64,000 nucleotides of DNA from NCBI GenBank assembly GCA_026002915.1, contig BPGG01000001.1, forward strand, positions 1,312,366 to 1,376,365, given 5' to 3'. This stretch comes from Acidimicrobiales bacterium (lineage in GTDB: Bacteria > Actinomycetota > Acidimicrobiia > Acidimicrobiales > BPGG01). Every line of letters starts with the position of its first letter. Position 1 is the first letter of the stretch. The notes beneath the pieces were generated by a model that was not told the DNA's origin, made no database searches, and saw nothing but the letters and a program-made list of their open reading frames with translations. Positions 15,305 to 24,918 of the stretch are shown here, piece after piece. The translations under genes were made by a program, and so were the position numbers.

Positions 15305-16849
15305 TCAGCCGATCACTGCCTCTATCAGGTGCGGTCCGGGCTCGGAGAAAGCGTTCCGGAGGGCGTCGACGGTTGCCTCGGCCGTGTCCACACGGACGCC
15401 CGGCACGCCGTGAGCCTCGGCCAGCTTCACGAAGTCGATCGTCGGCCGGGTCAGATCCGTGAGACCCGCGGCGTTCGGTCCCGGCTGGGTGACACCCGCC
15501 CGCATCAGCTCGATCTGCAAGATCGCGTACTTGCGGTTCGCGCAGATCAGCACGCACACGTCGAGGCCCTCACGGGCCATCGTCCACAAAGCCTGAGACG
15601 TGTACATGGCAGAGCCGTCGGCCTGGAAGGCGAGGACCTTCCGATCGGGACAGGCGATCGCGGCACCCACGGCGCACGGCAGGCCCATTCCTATCGACCC
15701 GCCGGTGAGACCCAGCACCGTGTGCGGAGGCGAACCCGCGGACACCGCCGGATAGGCGATACCGGAGGTCGCGGCCTCGTCCACGACGATCAACCCCTCC
15801 GGCTGCACGGCGGCGATCGCCCTGGCCAGGGTCGTGATGTCCAGCCCACCGACAGGCGGGTCGCACGGCTCGGGAGCCTGCGATGGCTCATACGCGGGTG
15901 CACCCAAATGCTCCGCGAGAGCCTCGAGTGCATCGGAGGGATGCGTCTCGGGCGAAGAGAGGGGGATGCGCCTCGCGTCGTCGGGAAGCATGCGACTCTT
16001 CGTGTGGGGGTAGCCGAAGAACGCCACAGGTTCGGGGGCGCCGGCGAGCACGGCGACCCTCACGTTGGCGAGTTCTTGGGCCGCCTGTTCCGGGAAGTAG
16101 GGAACGCGATCGAACGTGGGGAGGTCGGGGGCTCGCTCGAGGCGAGCGCTGAACGTCTCCTGCACGACCCTGCAACCGGTTGCGGCGCGGACCCTCGCCG
16201 CGGCTGTGAGCCCTCTCCTGTCGAGTGCCCTACCGCCGACGAACAGCACCGCCCCCGGCTCCCGCAGCATGCGAGCTGCTTCGGCGACCGCCTCTTCGTC
16301 TGGGGGCAGCGCAGACGTCTCGACCGACGGCGCCGCGGCGTCTTCAGGGACCTCCTCCCATGCCAGGTCGGCCGGGACGATGAGTGAAGCCACGCCCGAC
16401 GGGGGTCCTACGGCGGCGGCTATGGCGTTGGCGGTCTCCTCCCCGAGGCTCCTCGCGCTCTTGGCGGTGTGCACCCAGCGGGACACGGGCTGCGCCAGAG
16501 AGACGATGTCTGAGGTGAGCGGAGCGTCGGCGTCCAGATGCCAGGTGGCGTGATCCCCGATGAGGTTCACCACCGGACTCGATGCGCGACGAGCGTTGTG
16601 CAGGTTGGCGATCCCATTACCGAGCCCGGGCCCGAGGTGCAGGATGGTGAGCGCCGGTTTCCCGGTCATCCTCCCATACCCGTCTGCCGCGCCCGTGCAC
16701 ACGCCCTCGAAAAGTCCGAGCACCGCTCGCATGCCGGGGACCGTGTCGAGTGCCGCCACCAGGTGCATCTCCGAGGTGCCGGGGTTGGCGAAACAGACGT
16801 CCACGCCGTTCGCCACGGCCGTCCTCATCACCAGTTCCGCTCCGTTCAT
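15305..16849 (-). CDS. thiamine-pyrophosphate-dependent enzyme (acetolactate synthase large-subunit family)
   Basis: NGVDVCFANPGTSEMHL and GYGRMTGKPA, plus the C-terminal TPP motif GSIGMGLPCAVGAA...ADGSAMY. ATG 16849 is preceded by GAGGGAGGG. Confidence 0.8.
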   Translation of the reverse strand: MNGAELVMRTAVANGVDVCFANPGTSEMHLVAALDTVPGMRAVLGLFEGVCTGAADGYGRMTGKPALTILHLGPGLGNGIANLHNARRASSPVVNLIGDHATWHLDADAPLTSDIVSLAQPVSRWVHTAKSARSLGEETANAIAAAVGPPSGVASLIVPADLAWEEVPEDAAAPSVETSALPPDEEAVAEAARMLREPGAVLFVGGRALDRRGLTAAARVRAATGCRVVQETFSARLERAPDLPTFDRVPYFPEQAAQELANVRVAVLAGAPEPVAFFGYPHTKSRMLPDDARRIPLSSPETHPSDALEALAEHLGAPAYEPSQAPEPCDPPVGGLDITTLARAIAAVQPEGLIVVDEAATSGIAYPAVSAGSPPHTVLGLTGGSIGMGLPCAVGAAIACPDRKVLAFQADGSAMYTSQALWTMAREGLDVCVLICANRKYAILQIELMRAGVTQPGPNAAGLTDLTRPTIDFVKLAEAHGVPGVRVDTAEATVDALRNAFSEPGPHLIEAVIG

Positions 16850-17178
16850 ACGCCCTCCCTCGTCCGTCCGTGTGAGTTTGCCACCGGAGGACGCTCCCTG
16901 TCGTCCGAGCGAACGGTCGACAGATGCGACTGCCGTCCACCGAGCGGATTCCATACAGCGAGCAAACGCAGAGTGAAGCTTCGGTAACATCCGTCGCCGG
17001 GCGAGACGTGCGGGTTGCCGGGGCCTGTCGAGGTCGTCACAGGCCTGTGCGGGTGTGGCTCGACCGGCCCGCCCGGACCAAATCGGGCAATCCCGAGTGT
17101 AGAGAGGACCGGCCAGTGACTCTGTTGCGCGAGTTGGAGAGGAGCCTGTCGAGGCGCTTCTCGGCCGGCGCGCCCACC

Positions 17179-19287
17179 ATGACGGAGGCCCGGGCGTTCC
17201 TCGAACTCCTCGCCGTCTCGAATCTGGCCGTGGCCTTGCCCCTCCTCACCGACTTCGCAGGGGACCCGCAGACCTTCGTCACCCTGGAGGTGACCCGAAC
17301 CCAGCTTTTGGCGCTCGCGATCCTGCTGGTCCTCGGACCACCCGCGTCGGCCTACCTACTCACGCGGCTCGCGGGCCTGTTCTCCTCGGTGTTCCGCTGG
17401 AGCCTGCACTGTCTCTGGGTCGTCATCTTCTCGGGCCTCTTTCTTCAACAACTTCTCAAGTCGCTGCTGAAGATCGGCGGGCCGAGCCTGGTGGTCGCCA
17501 CGGTCTGCCTCAGCCTCGTCGTCGGGCTCTCGTACCTGCGGGCGAGGGCTCTCGGCTCGACTCTGAGGAACCTGGCCGTCCTACCGCCTCTCCTCGTCGC
17601 CTGGTTTCTCTTCCTGTCGCCGCTGTCGGGCATCTTCTTCGGCCGCGAACCGGAGGTCGCACGAGCGGACAAGGTCGAAGGCCAGAGCGGACCAGGAACG
17701 ACGACGACCACAAACCCGGCCTTGGCGCTCCACATCAAGCCCGACACAGCCGAGGGAACGGTCGACACGAACGTACGGATAGCAAGACCGAGGGACGTCG
17801 TCGTGGTGGTTTTCGACGCGCTCCCCACCGCCCTTCTGCTCGACGGATCGGGGAAGGTGGACGCCGACCTGTACCCGAACTTCGCAGCACTGGGCAAACA
17901 GAGCACGTTCTTCAGGAATCACACCACCGTCTCCACGGCCACCCAAGGCGCTGTCCCGGCGATCCTCACAGGCAGGATGCCCAGGGAAGGTGCGACTCTG
18001 GCTTCGGTGAAAGGTCACCCGAGGAACCTCTTCACCCTGCTCGGCTCCCGCTACGAGATGACCGCGCTCGAGCCCGCGACCAGCCTTTGCCCCCGAGGTG
18101 CGTGCGAGGACATCAGGCAGACGACTGAGTCGAACATCGGAGTGCTCCTCTCCGAGGCCGTAGAGCTCTTCGGGAGGCGGGTATCCACCGACCCGCAGGA
18201 CCTCGAACCCCAATACGAGGCCACCGGGGTGGGTGACCGCCCAGAGGTCCTGAGGACGGCAATAGACAGCATCCGACCCGAGCGCGATCCGAACCTGTGG
18301 TTCATACATTCGGTGCTCCCGCACAACCCCTGGGAGTTCACACCTTCGGGGAAGCGCTACGAGGTTCCGGAGAGGCGCTGGGAGGAGCTGGCCGGTTGGC
18401 GGGACGAAGCGACGGCCGGATTCGCGCGGCAGCGACACATCGCCCAGATCCGGTTGGCAGACCGTCTCATCGGCCGCATGATCTCTCGACTGCGCGACTC
18501 CGGTCTGTGGGACGAGACTCTCTTGATAGTCACGGCGGATCACGGCGCGGGCTTCACGCCCCGCAACCCCCACCGAACCGTGGGGAAGGACCAGGCCAAC
18601 GTCCACGAGATCGTCTGGGTTCCTCTCTTCGTGAAGTTCCCGAACCAGCGAGAAGGAAGGCTTGTCGAGCATGTGACCTCGAGCATCGACATCGTCCCGA
18701 CCATCGTCGAGGAGCTGGGGATCAAGAGCGACTGGTCGTTCGACGGCGGCCTTCTCACACGGCGACAACCGGGTCGTGAACGACTCCGCGTGAAGAATCC
18801 CGACGACTTCATCACGGTCGACGCCGCTGCCGGCTACAGGAGGCTCCTGCAATCGCGCGCGACGGAGGCTGGTGGAGATCCCAAATGGGACATATACGGC
18901 ATCGGACCTCACCAGAGTCTGGTCGGACGCGCAGTCACCGGAACTCAGAATATCGCCGGGGGGAATGCCGGATCTGGAGCCCTCAGGGCCGACGTGACGG
19001 GTTCGGATGCGTGGGATGACGTCGACACCTCGGCGGACGTCGTGCCAGTGGTCGTGGAGGGCGAGCTCAGCAGCAATCGCCCCGTGGACCTCCGCTCGGC
19101 ATCCCTCGCTGTCGCCGTCAACGGCCGCATCGCAGCGACCACGATCTTCTCCAGCAAGGGCGTGCGCGCGACTTTCGCGACTCTCATACCAGAGGACGCC
19201 TTGAGAGACGGTCGGAACGACCTACAGATCTACCTCGTGACCGGCTCTGCGGCTTCCCCAACGCTCAGCAGAATCTCGATCGACTGA
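17179..19287 (+). CDS. membrane-anchored sulfatase/alkaline-phosphatase-superfamily protein (LtaS/phosphotransferase-like)
   Basis: Several N-terminal TM helices and a Thr-rich linker, followed by VVVVFDALP, TVSTATQGAVPAILTG and LLIVTADHGAGF. Confidence 0.7.
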   Translation: MTEARAFLELLAVSNLAVALPLLTDFAGDPQTFVTLEVTRTQLLALAILLVLGPPASAYLLTRLAGLFSSVFRWSLHCLWVVIFSGLFLQQLLKSLLKIGGPSLVVATVCLSLVVGLSYLRARALGSTLRNLAVLPPLLVAWFLFLSPLSGIFFGREPEVARADKVEGQSGPGTTTTTNPALALHIKPDTAEGTVDTNVRIARPRDVVVVVFDALPTALLLDGSGKVDADLYPNFAALGKQSTFFRNHTTVSTATQGAVPAILTGRMPREGATLASVKGHPRNLFTLLGSRYEMTALEPATSLCPRGACEDIRQTTESNIGVLLSEAVELFGRRVSTDPQDLEPQYEATGVGDRPEVLRTAIDSIRPERDPNLWFIHSVLPHNPWEFTPSGKRYEVPERRWEELAGWRDEATAGFARQRHIAQIRLADRLIGRMISRLRDSGLWDETLLIVTADHGAGFTPRNPHRTVGKDQANVHEIVWVPLFVKFPNQREGRLVEHVTSSIDIVPTIVEELGIKSDWSFDGGLLTRRQPGRERLRVKNPDDFITVDAAAGYRRLLQSRATEAGGDPKWDIYGIGPHQSLVGRAVTGTQNIAGGNAGSGALRADVTGSDAWDDVDTSADVVPVVVEGELSSNRPVDLRSASLAVAVNGRIAATTIFSSKGVRATFATLIPEDALRDGRNDLQIYLVTGSAASPTLSRISID

Positions 19288-19333
19288 CGTGCGTATCACC
19301 TCTCGACGTGCAGACCACTCCTCGACTTGAGGA

Positions 19334-20356
19334 TCACTTCTCGACTATCAGCTCGGCGATCTGCACTGCGTTCAGGGCCGCCCCCTTGCGGAGGTTGTCT
19401 CCCGAGAGGAACAACGACAAGCCGTTCTCGAAGACCTCGTCGCGCTTGATGCGGCCCACCAGGGTCACGTCGCCGCCGGCCGCCTCGAGCGGCGTGGGAC
19501 ATTCGGTCACGCGCACACCCGGCGCTTTCTCGAGGAGCCGACGCGCCTCGTCCGGCTCGAGGCTCCTGTCGAAGTCTGCGGTGAGGGCAAGCGAGTGCCC
19601 GCACCACACAGGCACCCTCACACACGTGGCAGACACTCGAACGTGAGGCGCGGCGAGGATCTTGCGGGTCTCGTCGCGCAGCTTCCGCTCCTCGTCGGTC
19701 TCACCCGAACCGTCGTCGAGGAGACTCCCGGCGAACGGGACGACGTTGAAGGCGATCGGCTTTGCGAAGACAGCGGCCTCCAGGTCCGACACGCCGTCGC
19801 CCCGGAGCAGGTCGTCCGCCCGTGATGCCGCCTTCTCCAACTGCCGTGCCAACTCGTCGTTGCCGCGGCGTCCCGCTCCGGAGACAGCCTGATATGAGGA
19901 GGCGACCACCGCCCGCAACCCCGCTGCTCGGTGCAGGGGTGCCAGCACCGGCATCGCGACCATCGTCGTGCAGTTCGGGTTCGCCACGATCCCCTTCGGT
20001 CGGCGCTCGAGAGCTTCTGGGTTCACCTCGGTGACGACGAGAGGCACGTCTGGGTCGAGGCGCCATGCCGAAGAGTTGTCGATGACCACGGCGCCCGAGC
20101 CGGCGATCTCCGGCGCCAACTCGCGCGACGCCTGCTTCCCCGCCGACATGATCACCACGTCGAGACCGGACCAGTCCGAGCGCGTGGCGTCTTCGACGAC
20201 GATAGAGCGGTCTCTCCAGAGGACCTCCAGACCCGCAGAGCGCGGCGAGGCGAAGCAGCGCAGCCGATCGACGGGGAAGCCTCTCTCGTCCAGGATGTCG
20301 AGTACGAGCCGCCCGACCTGCCCGGTGGCGCCCACCACTCCTACGTTCACGCCCAC
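19334..20356 (-). CDS. asd: aspartate-semialdehyde dehydrogenase
   Basis: VGATGQVGR NAD motif and ANPNCTT active-site Cys region. Sits immediately downstream of ask. Confidence 0.95.
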   Translation of the reverse strand: MGVNVGVVGATGQVGRLVLDILDERGFPVDRLRCFASPRSAGLEVLWRDRSIVVEDATRSDWSGLDVVIMSAGKQASRELAPEIAGSGAVVIDNSSAWRLDPDVPLVVTEVNPEALERRPKGIVANPNCTTMVAMPVLAPLHRAAGLRAVVASSYQAVSGAGRRGNDELARQLEKAASRADDLLRGDGVSDLEAAVFAKPIAFNVVPFAGSLLDDGSGETDEERKLRDETRKILAAPHVRVSATCVRVPVWCGHSLALTADFDRSLEPDEARRLLEKAPGVRVTECPTPLEAAGGDVTLVGRIKRDEVFENGLSLFLSGDNLRKGAALNAVQIAELIVEK

Positions 20357-20481
20357 GTCTGGCGATCGTATCGGGGGTAGGGTCGACCCGTCTCACGGAG
20401 CAGCTGCACCACCGTACGGCTACGGCAGGGCGCGCAATCGAAGCGGATCACTTCGTTGCCACACCGACCAAGGCGGCGGTC

Positions 20482-21720
20482 TCAGGTACCGGACCGGCCC
20501 GGCTCGGGATCGCCGAGCGAAAACGCCTCGTGTAGGGCATTGACCGCCCTCTCGACGCGATCCTCCCGGATCACGCAGCTGATGCGGATCGCAGACGTCG
20601 AGATCATCTCGATGTTGATCCCCTCCGCGGCGAGGGTCTCGAACATCGTCGCCGCCACGCCCGGATGCGTCTTCATCCCGGCTCCCACCAGGCTGACACG
20701 CCCGATCCCGGCGTCGGTCGTCACACGCTCGGCCCCCAACGACGAAGCCACCTTCTCGGTCTCTTCGGTGGCGACCCTCAACTGTTCGCGGGGAACTGTG
20801 AAGGAGATGTCGGTCACGCCGTGCTCCGAGACGTTCTGGACGATCATGTCGACGTTCACGTCGCGGTCTGCCAGAGAGCGGAAGAGACGACCGGCTATCC
20901 CCGGTTGGTCGGGAACACCCACGATGGTGACCTTCGCCTCGGAGATGTCGTGTGTGACGGCCGAGATGATCGCCTGTTCCATCGAATCGTCCTCCTCGAC
21001 GACCAGAGTGCCCGACTCCCAGGTGAAAGCCGAGCGGATGTGCAGACGAACCCCGTGGGTGCGAGCGAACTCGACTGCTCTCATCGCCGGTTTCGGGCAG
21101 CCGGTCGCGGTCATCTCCAAGAGTTCGTCATAGGTGATCTTGTCCATCTTGCGAGCAGTCGGGACCAGCCGAGGATCCGCCGTGAACACCCCGCTCACGT
21201 CCGTGTACAACTCGCAGATGTCGGCACCCAGCGTGTGAGCCAACGCCACTGCCGTTGTGTCGGAACCGCCTCGACCCAAGAACGTCACGTCGCTCGTGGT
21301 CGACACTCCCTGGGCGCCGCCTACGACCGGCACCTGCCCTTCGTCGATCGCCCTCCTCACCCGATCTGCCCTCACCTCGAGGATCCGTGCGTTGGTGTGA
21401 GTGGTGTCGGTGATGAATCCCGCCTGGCTTCCGGTGAGCGACACGGCGGGGACGCCGAGATCCCACAGAGCCATGCACAGCAGTGCCATCGCCTTGCGCT
21501 CACCCGACGTGATCAGCATGTCCAACTCTCGGCCGGGAGGGTCCTCGGACACCTCTCGCGCCAAGCGGAGTAGTTCGTCCGTCTCCTTGCCCATCGCGGA
21601 GATGACGACCGCCACCTCGTCACCCCGGCGGCGCGTGCGCGCCACGTGGTCTGCGACGATGCGAATTCGCTCGGCGTCTGCCACCGAAGTCCCGCCGAAC
21701 TTCTGCACGACGAGGGCCAC
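20482..21720 (-). CDS. lysC: aspartate kinase
   Basis: KFGGTSV and VVISAMG, with two C-terminal ACT domains. There is an internal in-frame ATG at 20982 with GAGGAGG upstream (see findings). Confidence 0.95.
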   Translation of the reverse strand: MALVVQKFGGTSVADAERIRIVADHVARTRRRGDEVAVVISAMGKETDELLRLAREVSEDPPGRELDMLITSGERKAMALLCMALWDLGVPAVSLTGSQAGFITDTTHTNARILEVRADRVRRAIDEGQVPVVGGAQGVSTTSDVTFLGRGGSDTTAVALAHTLGADICELYTDVSGVFTADPRLVPTARKMDKITYDELLEMTATGCPKPAMRAVEFARTHGVRLHIRSAFTWESGTLVVEEDDSMEQAIISAVTHDISEAKVTIVGVPDQPGIAGRLFRSLADRDVNVDMIVQNVSEHGVTDISFTVPREQLRVATEETEKVASSLGAERVTTDAGIGRVSLVGAGMKTHPGVAATMFETLAAEGINIEMISTSAIRISCVIREDRVERAVNALHEAFSLGDPEPGRSGT

Positions 21721-21822
21721 GACCCGAGACTACGGCCAAACCGGCGGTGGGCGGAAAGCCCACGTGCGACCGCCGATGCGCGCCTGCCACGCAAGGGGGC
21801 CTAAAGGGTAGTTTCCCCACCC

Positions 21823-22737
21823 GTGGTCGGGTCCCCTTCCAGGCGAGCCCGCCGAGAGGCTGCTCGTCGCGCACGAAAGAACGAGCGCACGAAAGGTGCT
21901 GTCTCCAGGCCGCGCGGGCGGGCCCTCGTCGCCGTCGTCGCAGCGTCGACCATCCCGGGCCTCGTGCTCGGCGGCGTGATCCTGGCCCTGGCCCGCAACG
22001 ACGAGCCGGCCAACCATACGACGACCAGCTCGACCCCGACACCGCGCCCGGTGGACCTCAGACGCCCCGCACCCGGCCGAACGCTGGAGGGAGCCACGCC
22101 TTGTCCCCCACTGGACGGTTCCGCACCGAGGACTACGGGTTTTGCCTCCCCACCGCCGATGTGCATCGACCCGTCCGTGGGTTGGGAGGCGGTGCTCGAG
22201 ACGGATCTGGGTGACATCACCATCCTCTTGGAGAACAAGCGGACACCGAAGACCGTGAACAACTTCGTGGTGTTGGCCCTCTACCACTTCTACGACGATG
22301 TCCCTTTCCACCTGATCGACCCGGGAAACCTGGTAGCCACGGGCGATGCCACAGGCGACCCTCCCGGTACCGGAGGTCCCGGCTACACGATCCCCGACGA
22401 GATCGCGAAAGAAGGGGTCATATATCCGCCCATGACCGTCGCGATGTGGCACGACGGGACCAAGAAGGATCAGAACGGAAGCCAGTTCTTCGTTGCGACG
22501 GGCCCACGAGCCGCGGGGCTTCCGCCCTTCTACACGCCTTTCGGGACGGTTACGAGAGGTGACGACACGCTGCGACGCGTAGAAGACTACGGCACTCCTG
22601 GGACCGGCGCGCCGACACGGGACATCCGGATAAGGCGCGTCCGCGTGAGTCGCCTGGGTCCGGAAGGCGCGGCTCGAACCACTGCCCCGAACCGGGCCGA
22701 CGACACGAGCGCAGACGACACGAGAGGGGAGCGTTGA
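21823..22737 (+). CDS. membrane-anchored cyclophilin-like protein, catalytic residues degenerate
   Basis: Basic tail, one TM helix, Thr/Pro linker and a cyclophilin fold (TPKTVNNFVVLALYHFYDD, NGSQFF). However, it has FHLIDPGNLVATGD and AMWHDG in place of FHRIIPGFVVQGGD and AMANSG. Confidence 0.75.
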   Translation: MVGSPSRRARREAARRARKNERTKGAVSRPRGRALVAVVAASTIPGLVLGGVILALARNDEPANHTTTSSTPTPRPVDLRRPAPGRTLEGATPCPPLDGSAPRTTGFASPPPMCIDPSVGWEAVLETDLGDITILLENKRTPKTVNNFVVLALYHFYDDVPFHLIDPGNLVATGDATGDPPGTGGPGYTIPDEIAKEGVIYPPMTVAMWHDGTKKDQNGSQFFVATGPRAAGLPPFYTPFGTVTRGDDTLRRVEDYGTPGTGAPTRDIRIRRVRVSRLGPEGAARTTAPNRADDTSADDTRGER

Positions 22738-23549
22738 CCAGCAACAAGCGTCTGAGGAAGAAGGAGGCTCGCAGGAGGCGCCTCGAAGAAGAATGGCGAC
22801 GATGGCGCAGGGCACGCCTGATCAGGCGGATGGTCGTCGCATTCTCCGCAGCGGTCGGGGTGGGGGTCCTCCTCCTCGTCCGTCCCGGAGCCGGAAACCG
22901 TGACCGGGAGGCGGCATCGCCGCGGACGACTACCACCACCACACCTCTGCCGACCGTAACTTCTCCTCCCGAGGGAGCCCGGATCGACGGCGACACGCCG
23001 TGTCCGGCGCCCGACGGCTCCTCCGAGCGGACCACGCGGTTCGCCAAGGCTCCGCCCATGTGCATCGACATCAACCGGAAATACGAGGCGGTCGTGTCCA
23101 CCGACAGAGGAGAGTTCACGATCGCCTTGGACACCAAGAAGGCCCCGAAGACGGTGAACAACTTCGTCGTCCTCGCCCGGTACCACTTCTACGACGGGGT
23201 CCCCTTCCATAGGATCATCCCCGGTTTCGTGGTCCAGGGAGGCGACGCGACCGGTGATCCACCTGGGACCGGCGGACCCGGCTACACGTTCGAGGATGAA
23301 CTCCCGCAGTCGGTGTCCGCCTACAGGCCGGGATCTGTTGCGATGGCCAACTCCGGTCCCGACACGAACGGCAGCCAGTTCTTCGTCTACACCGGGCCGA
23401 GCCCCTTGCCGGGTCCAGACTTCAGCCTGTTCGGACAGGTGGTCGACGGTTACGAGGAAGTGGTCAAGAAGATCGAGGCTCTGGGCACGCCATCCGGTCG
23501 ACCGCGAGAGGTGGTGACCATCGAGAAGGTGCAGATCGTGGAGTCATGA
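22734..23549 (+). CDS. membrane-anchored peptidyl-prolyl cis-trans isomerase (cyclophilin type)
   Basis: APKTVNNFVVLARYHFYDGVPFHRIIPGFVVQGGD and SVAMANSGPDTNGSQFF. The TTG start overlaps the upstream stop (TTGA). Confidence 0.85.
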   Translation: MTSNKRLRKKEARRRRLEEEWRRWRRARLIRRMVVAFSAAVGVGVLLLVRPGAGNRDREAASPRTTTTTTPLPTVTSPPEGARIDGDTPCPAPDGSSERTTRFAKAPPMCIDINRKYEAVVSTDRGEFTIALDTKKAPKTVNNFVVLARYHFYDGVPFHRIIPGFVVQGGDATGDPPGTGGPGYTFEDELPQSVSAYRPGSVAMANSGPDTNGSQFFVYTGPSPLPGPDFSLFGQVVDGYEEVVKKIEALGTPSGRPREVVTIEKVQIVES

Positions 23550-23566
23550 CACCGACGGACGGGGCG

Positions 23567-24253
23567 TCACGAACTGCCGTCCACACGCACTCCTTCCAAT
23601 ACCTCTAGTCCCACTGGTTGCCCTGCCCTGAACAACTCGACCTCACCGACGCCGGACGCGTACCAGGAGCCGTCCGCGCGTCTGATCAAAGCGGTCCCGT
23701 TCGGGATCCCGGCCAACACGACGTCCGGAGGGGCGAGTGTCACGGTTCGATGGATCTTCTCGTGGGACCAAGAGTCGAAACGGGGTATCACCGACAACCG
23801 GTGCAGCAGACCGAGGCCCACAGTGAACGCGCCGCCTCGAGGGTCGACCATCGGATCACACAAGACATCCGCCCCGGCACCGGATCCGGCCAGAACGGCT
23901 CCCGATCTCCAGGCCTCCAGGCACGCCTTCCACACCAGGGAGTCCTTCAGGACCGAACGCAGGTGCATCGAACCGCCGTCACACAAGTAGATGAGACCGG
24001 CCCCGGAGACCTTGCCCGCGTTCTTCTCGTCCATCGCGTCTTCCCGGCGGAACACTTCGAGAACATCCATCTCGGCTCCCAGTGCCTCGAACCACCGTTC
24101 AGCCCGCTCGAGGAGCCGGCGAAAGTTCTCGAACGCGGCAGCCGCCGGGACGACGAGGACCCGCCGAACCTCGGCCGCCTCCAACAGGTCGCGATCGAAC
24201 GAACACCCGTCCGTCCACTCCTCACCGCCAACCAACGCCAACCAGCCGGTCAT
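23567..24253 (-). CDS. peptidase S51/cyanophycinase-like (class I glutamine amidotransferase-like fold) protein
   Basis: LALVGGEEW, LIYLCDGGSM and VLAGSGAGADVL. ATG 24253 overlaps the upstream stop (ATGA); the track ORF extends to 24718. Confidence 0.6.
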   Translation of the reverse strand: MTGWLALVGGEEWTDGCSFDRDLLEAAEVRRVLVVPAAAAFENFRRLLERAERWFEALGAEMDVLEVFRREDAMDEKNAGKVSGAGLIYLCDGGSMHLRSVLKDSLVWKACLEAWRSGAVLAGSGAGADVLCDPMVDPRGGAFTVGLGLLHRLSVIPRFDSWSHEKIHRTVTLAPPDVVLAGIPNGTALIRRADGSWYASGVGEVELFRAGQPVGLEVLEGVRVDGSS

Positions 24254-24831
24254 CTCCCGATCTCCCTTCTGGCACGCCCGACCGCCAGATACCGCCACGC
24301 AAGCCGCGGGGTTTGCACGCGACGCCTCTCGAGTGCGGTCAACTCCAACCCGGCGGATCGGACCACAGAGGGTACATCCCGCACGATGACCGGGCGACGA
24401 GAAGCGCGGGTGAGCACTTCCGGCAGGCGTCCTGCGAATCCGGGCCCCAGCGTCGGTTCCGCGAAGACCAGTTCGGCCTCCCGACCGACCACCTTCGACA
24501 GCTGCCAAGCGGGACTCGCCATCGACGACACCGAGCCGACCGAGACGACTGTGTCGACATCTGCATCGCCCAGTTCCCGGACGTCTGCCACGAAGCCCAA
24601 CCGGTCTCGAGCTCGCCCGGCGATCCGCTGCCCGACAACCTGCTCCTCGATGCCGTCCGGATCCAAGACCCACAGTCGTCGGACCCTCGCGTTGTTCAGA
24701 TAGGAACCGATCCGCCACTGCGCCCCACCGAGGTCGAGCACGTCGCCGCTCACGGAGACGGCCACGTCCCGCCCGGCCCTGATCAGCTCCTGACGGGCAG
24801 CAAGGTCTTCGACGTAGACGATCGGGTCCAA
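24250..24831 (-). CDS. class I SAM-dependent methyltransferase-like protein
   Basis: VLDLGGAQ (motif I-like) and VDTVVSVGSV. The start is uncertain: TTG 24831 is the first canonical start downstream of the divergent hbd gene. Confidence 0.5.
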   Translation of the reverse strand: MDPIVYVEDLAARQELIRAGRDVAVSVSGDVLDLGGAQWRIGSYLNNARVRRLWVLDPDGIEEQVVGQRIAGRARDRLGFVADVRELGDADVDTVVSVGSVSSMASPAWQLSKVVGREAELVFAEPTLGPGFAGRLPEVLTRASRRPVIVRDVPSVVRSAGLELTALERRRVQTPRLAWRYLAVGRARREIGR

Positions 24832-24918
24832 CTCTCCACGGTCCTCGTGTGCTCGAAGGTCGTCGTCCTGACCGATCGGCTCTGATCCGTCCGTTCGATC
24901 CCGGATAGTCTCACGCCC

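Noticed and set aside
21721-21822. Nested hairpin GGCGGT-GGGC-GGAAA-GCCC-ACGTGCG-ACCGCC upstream of ask; I considered a lysine-responsive leader.
   Set aside because: It lacks the size and conserved cores of a lysine riboswitch. It sits in a short divergent promoter region, so no regulatory role can be supported from sequence alone.
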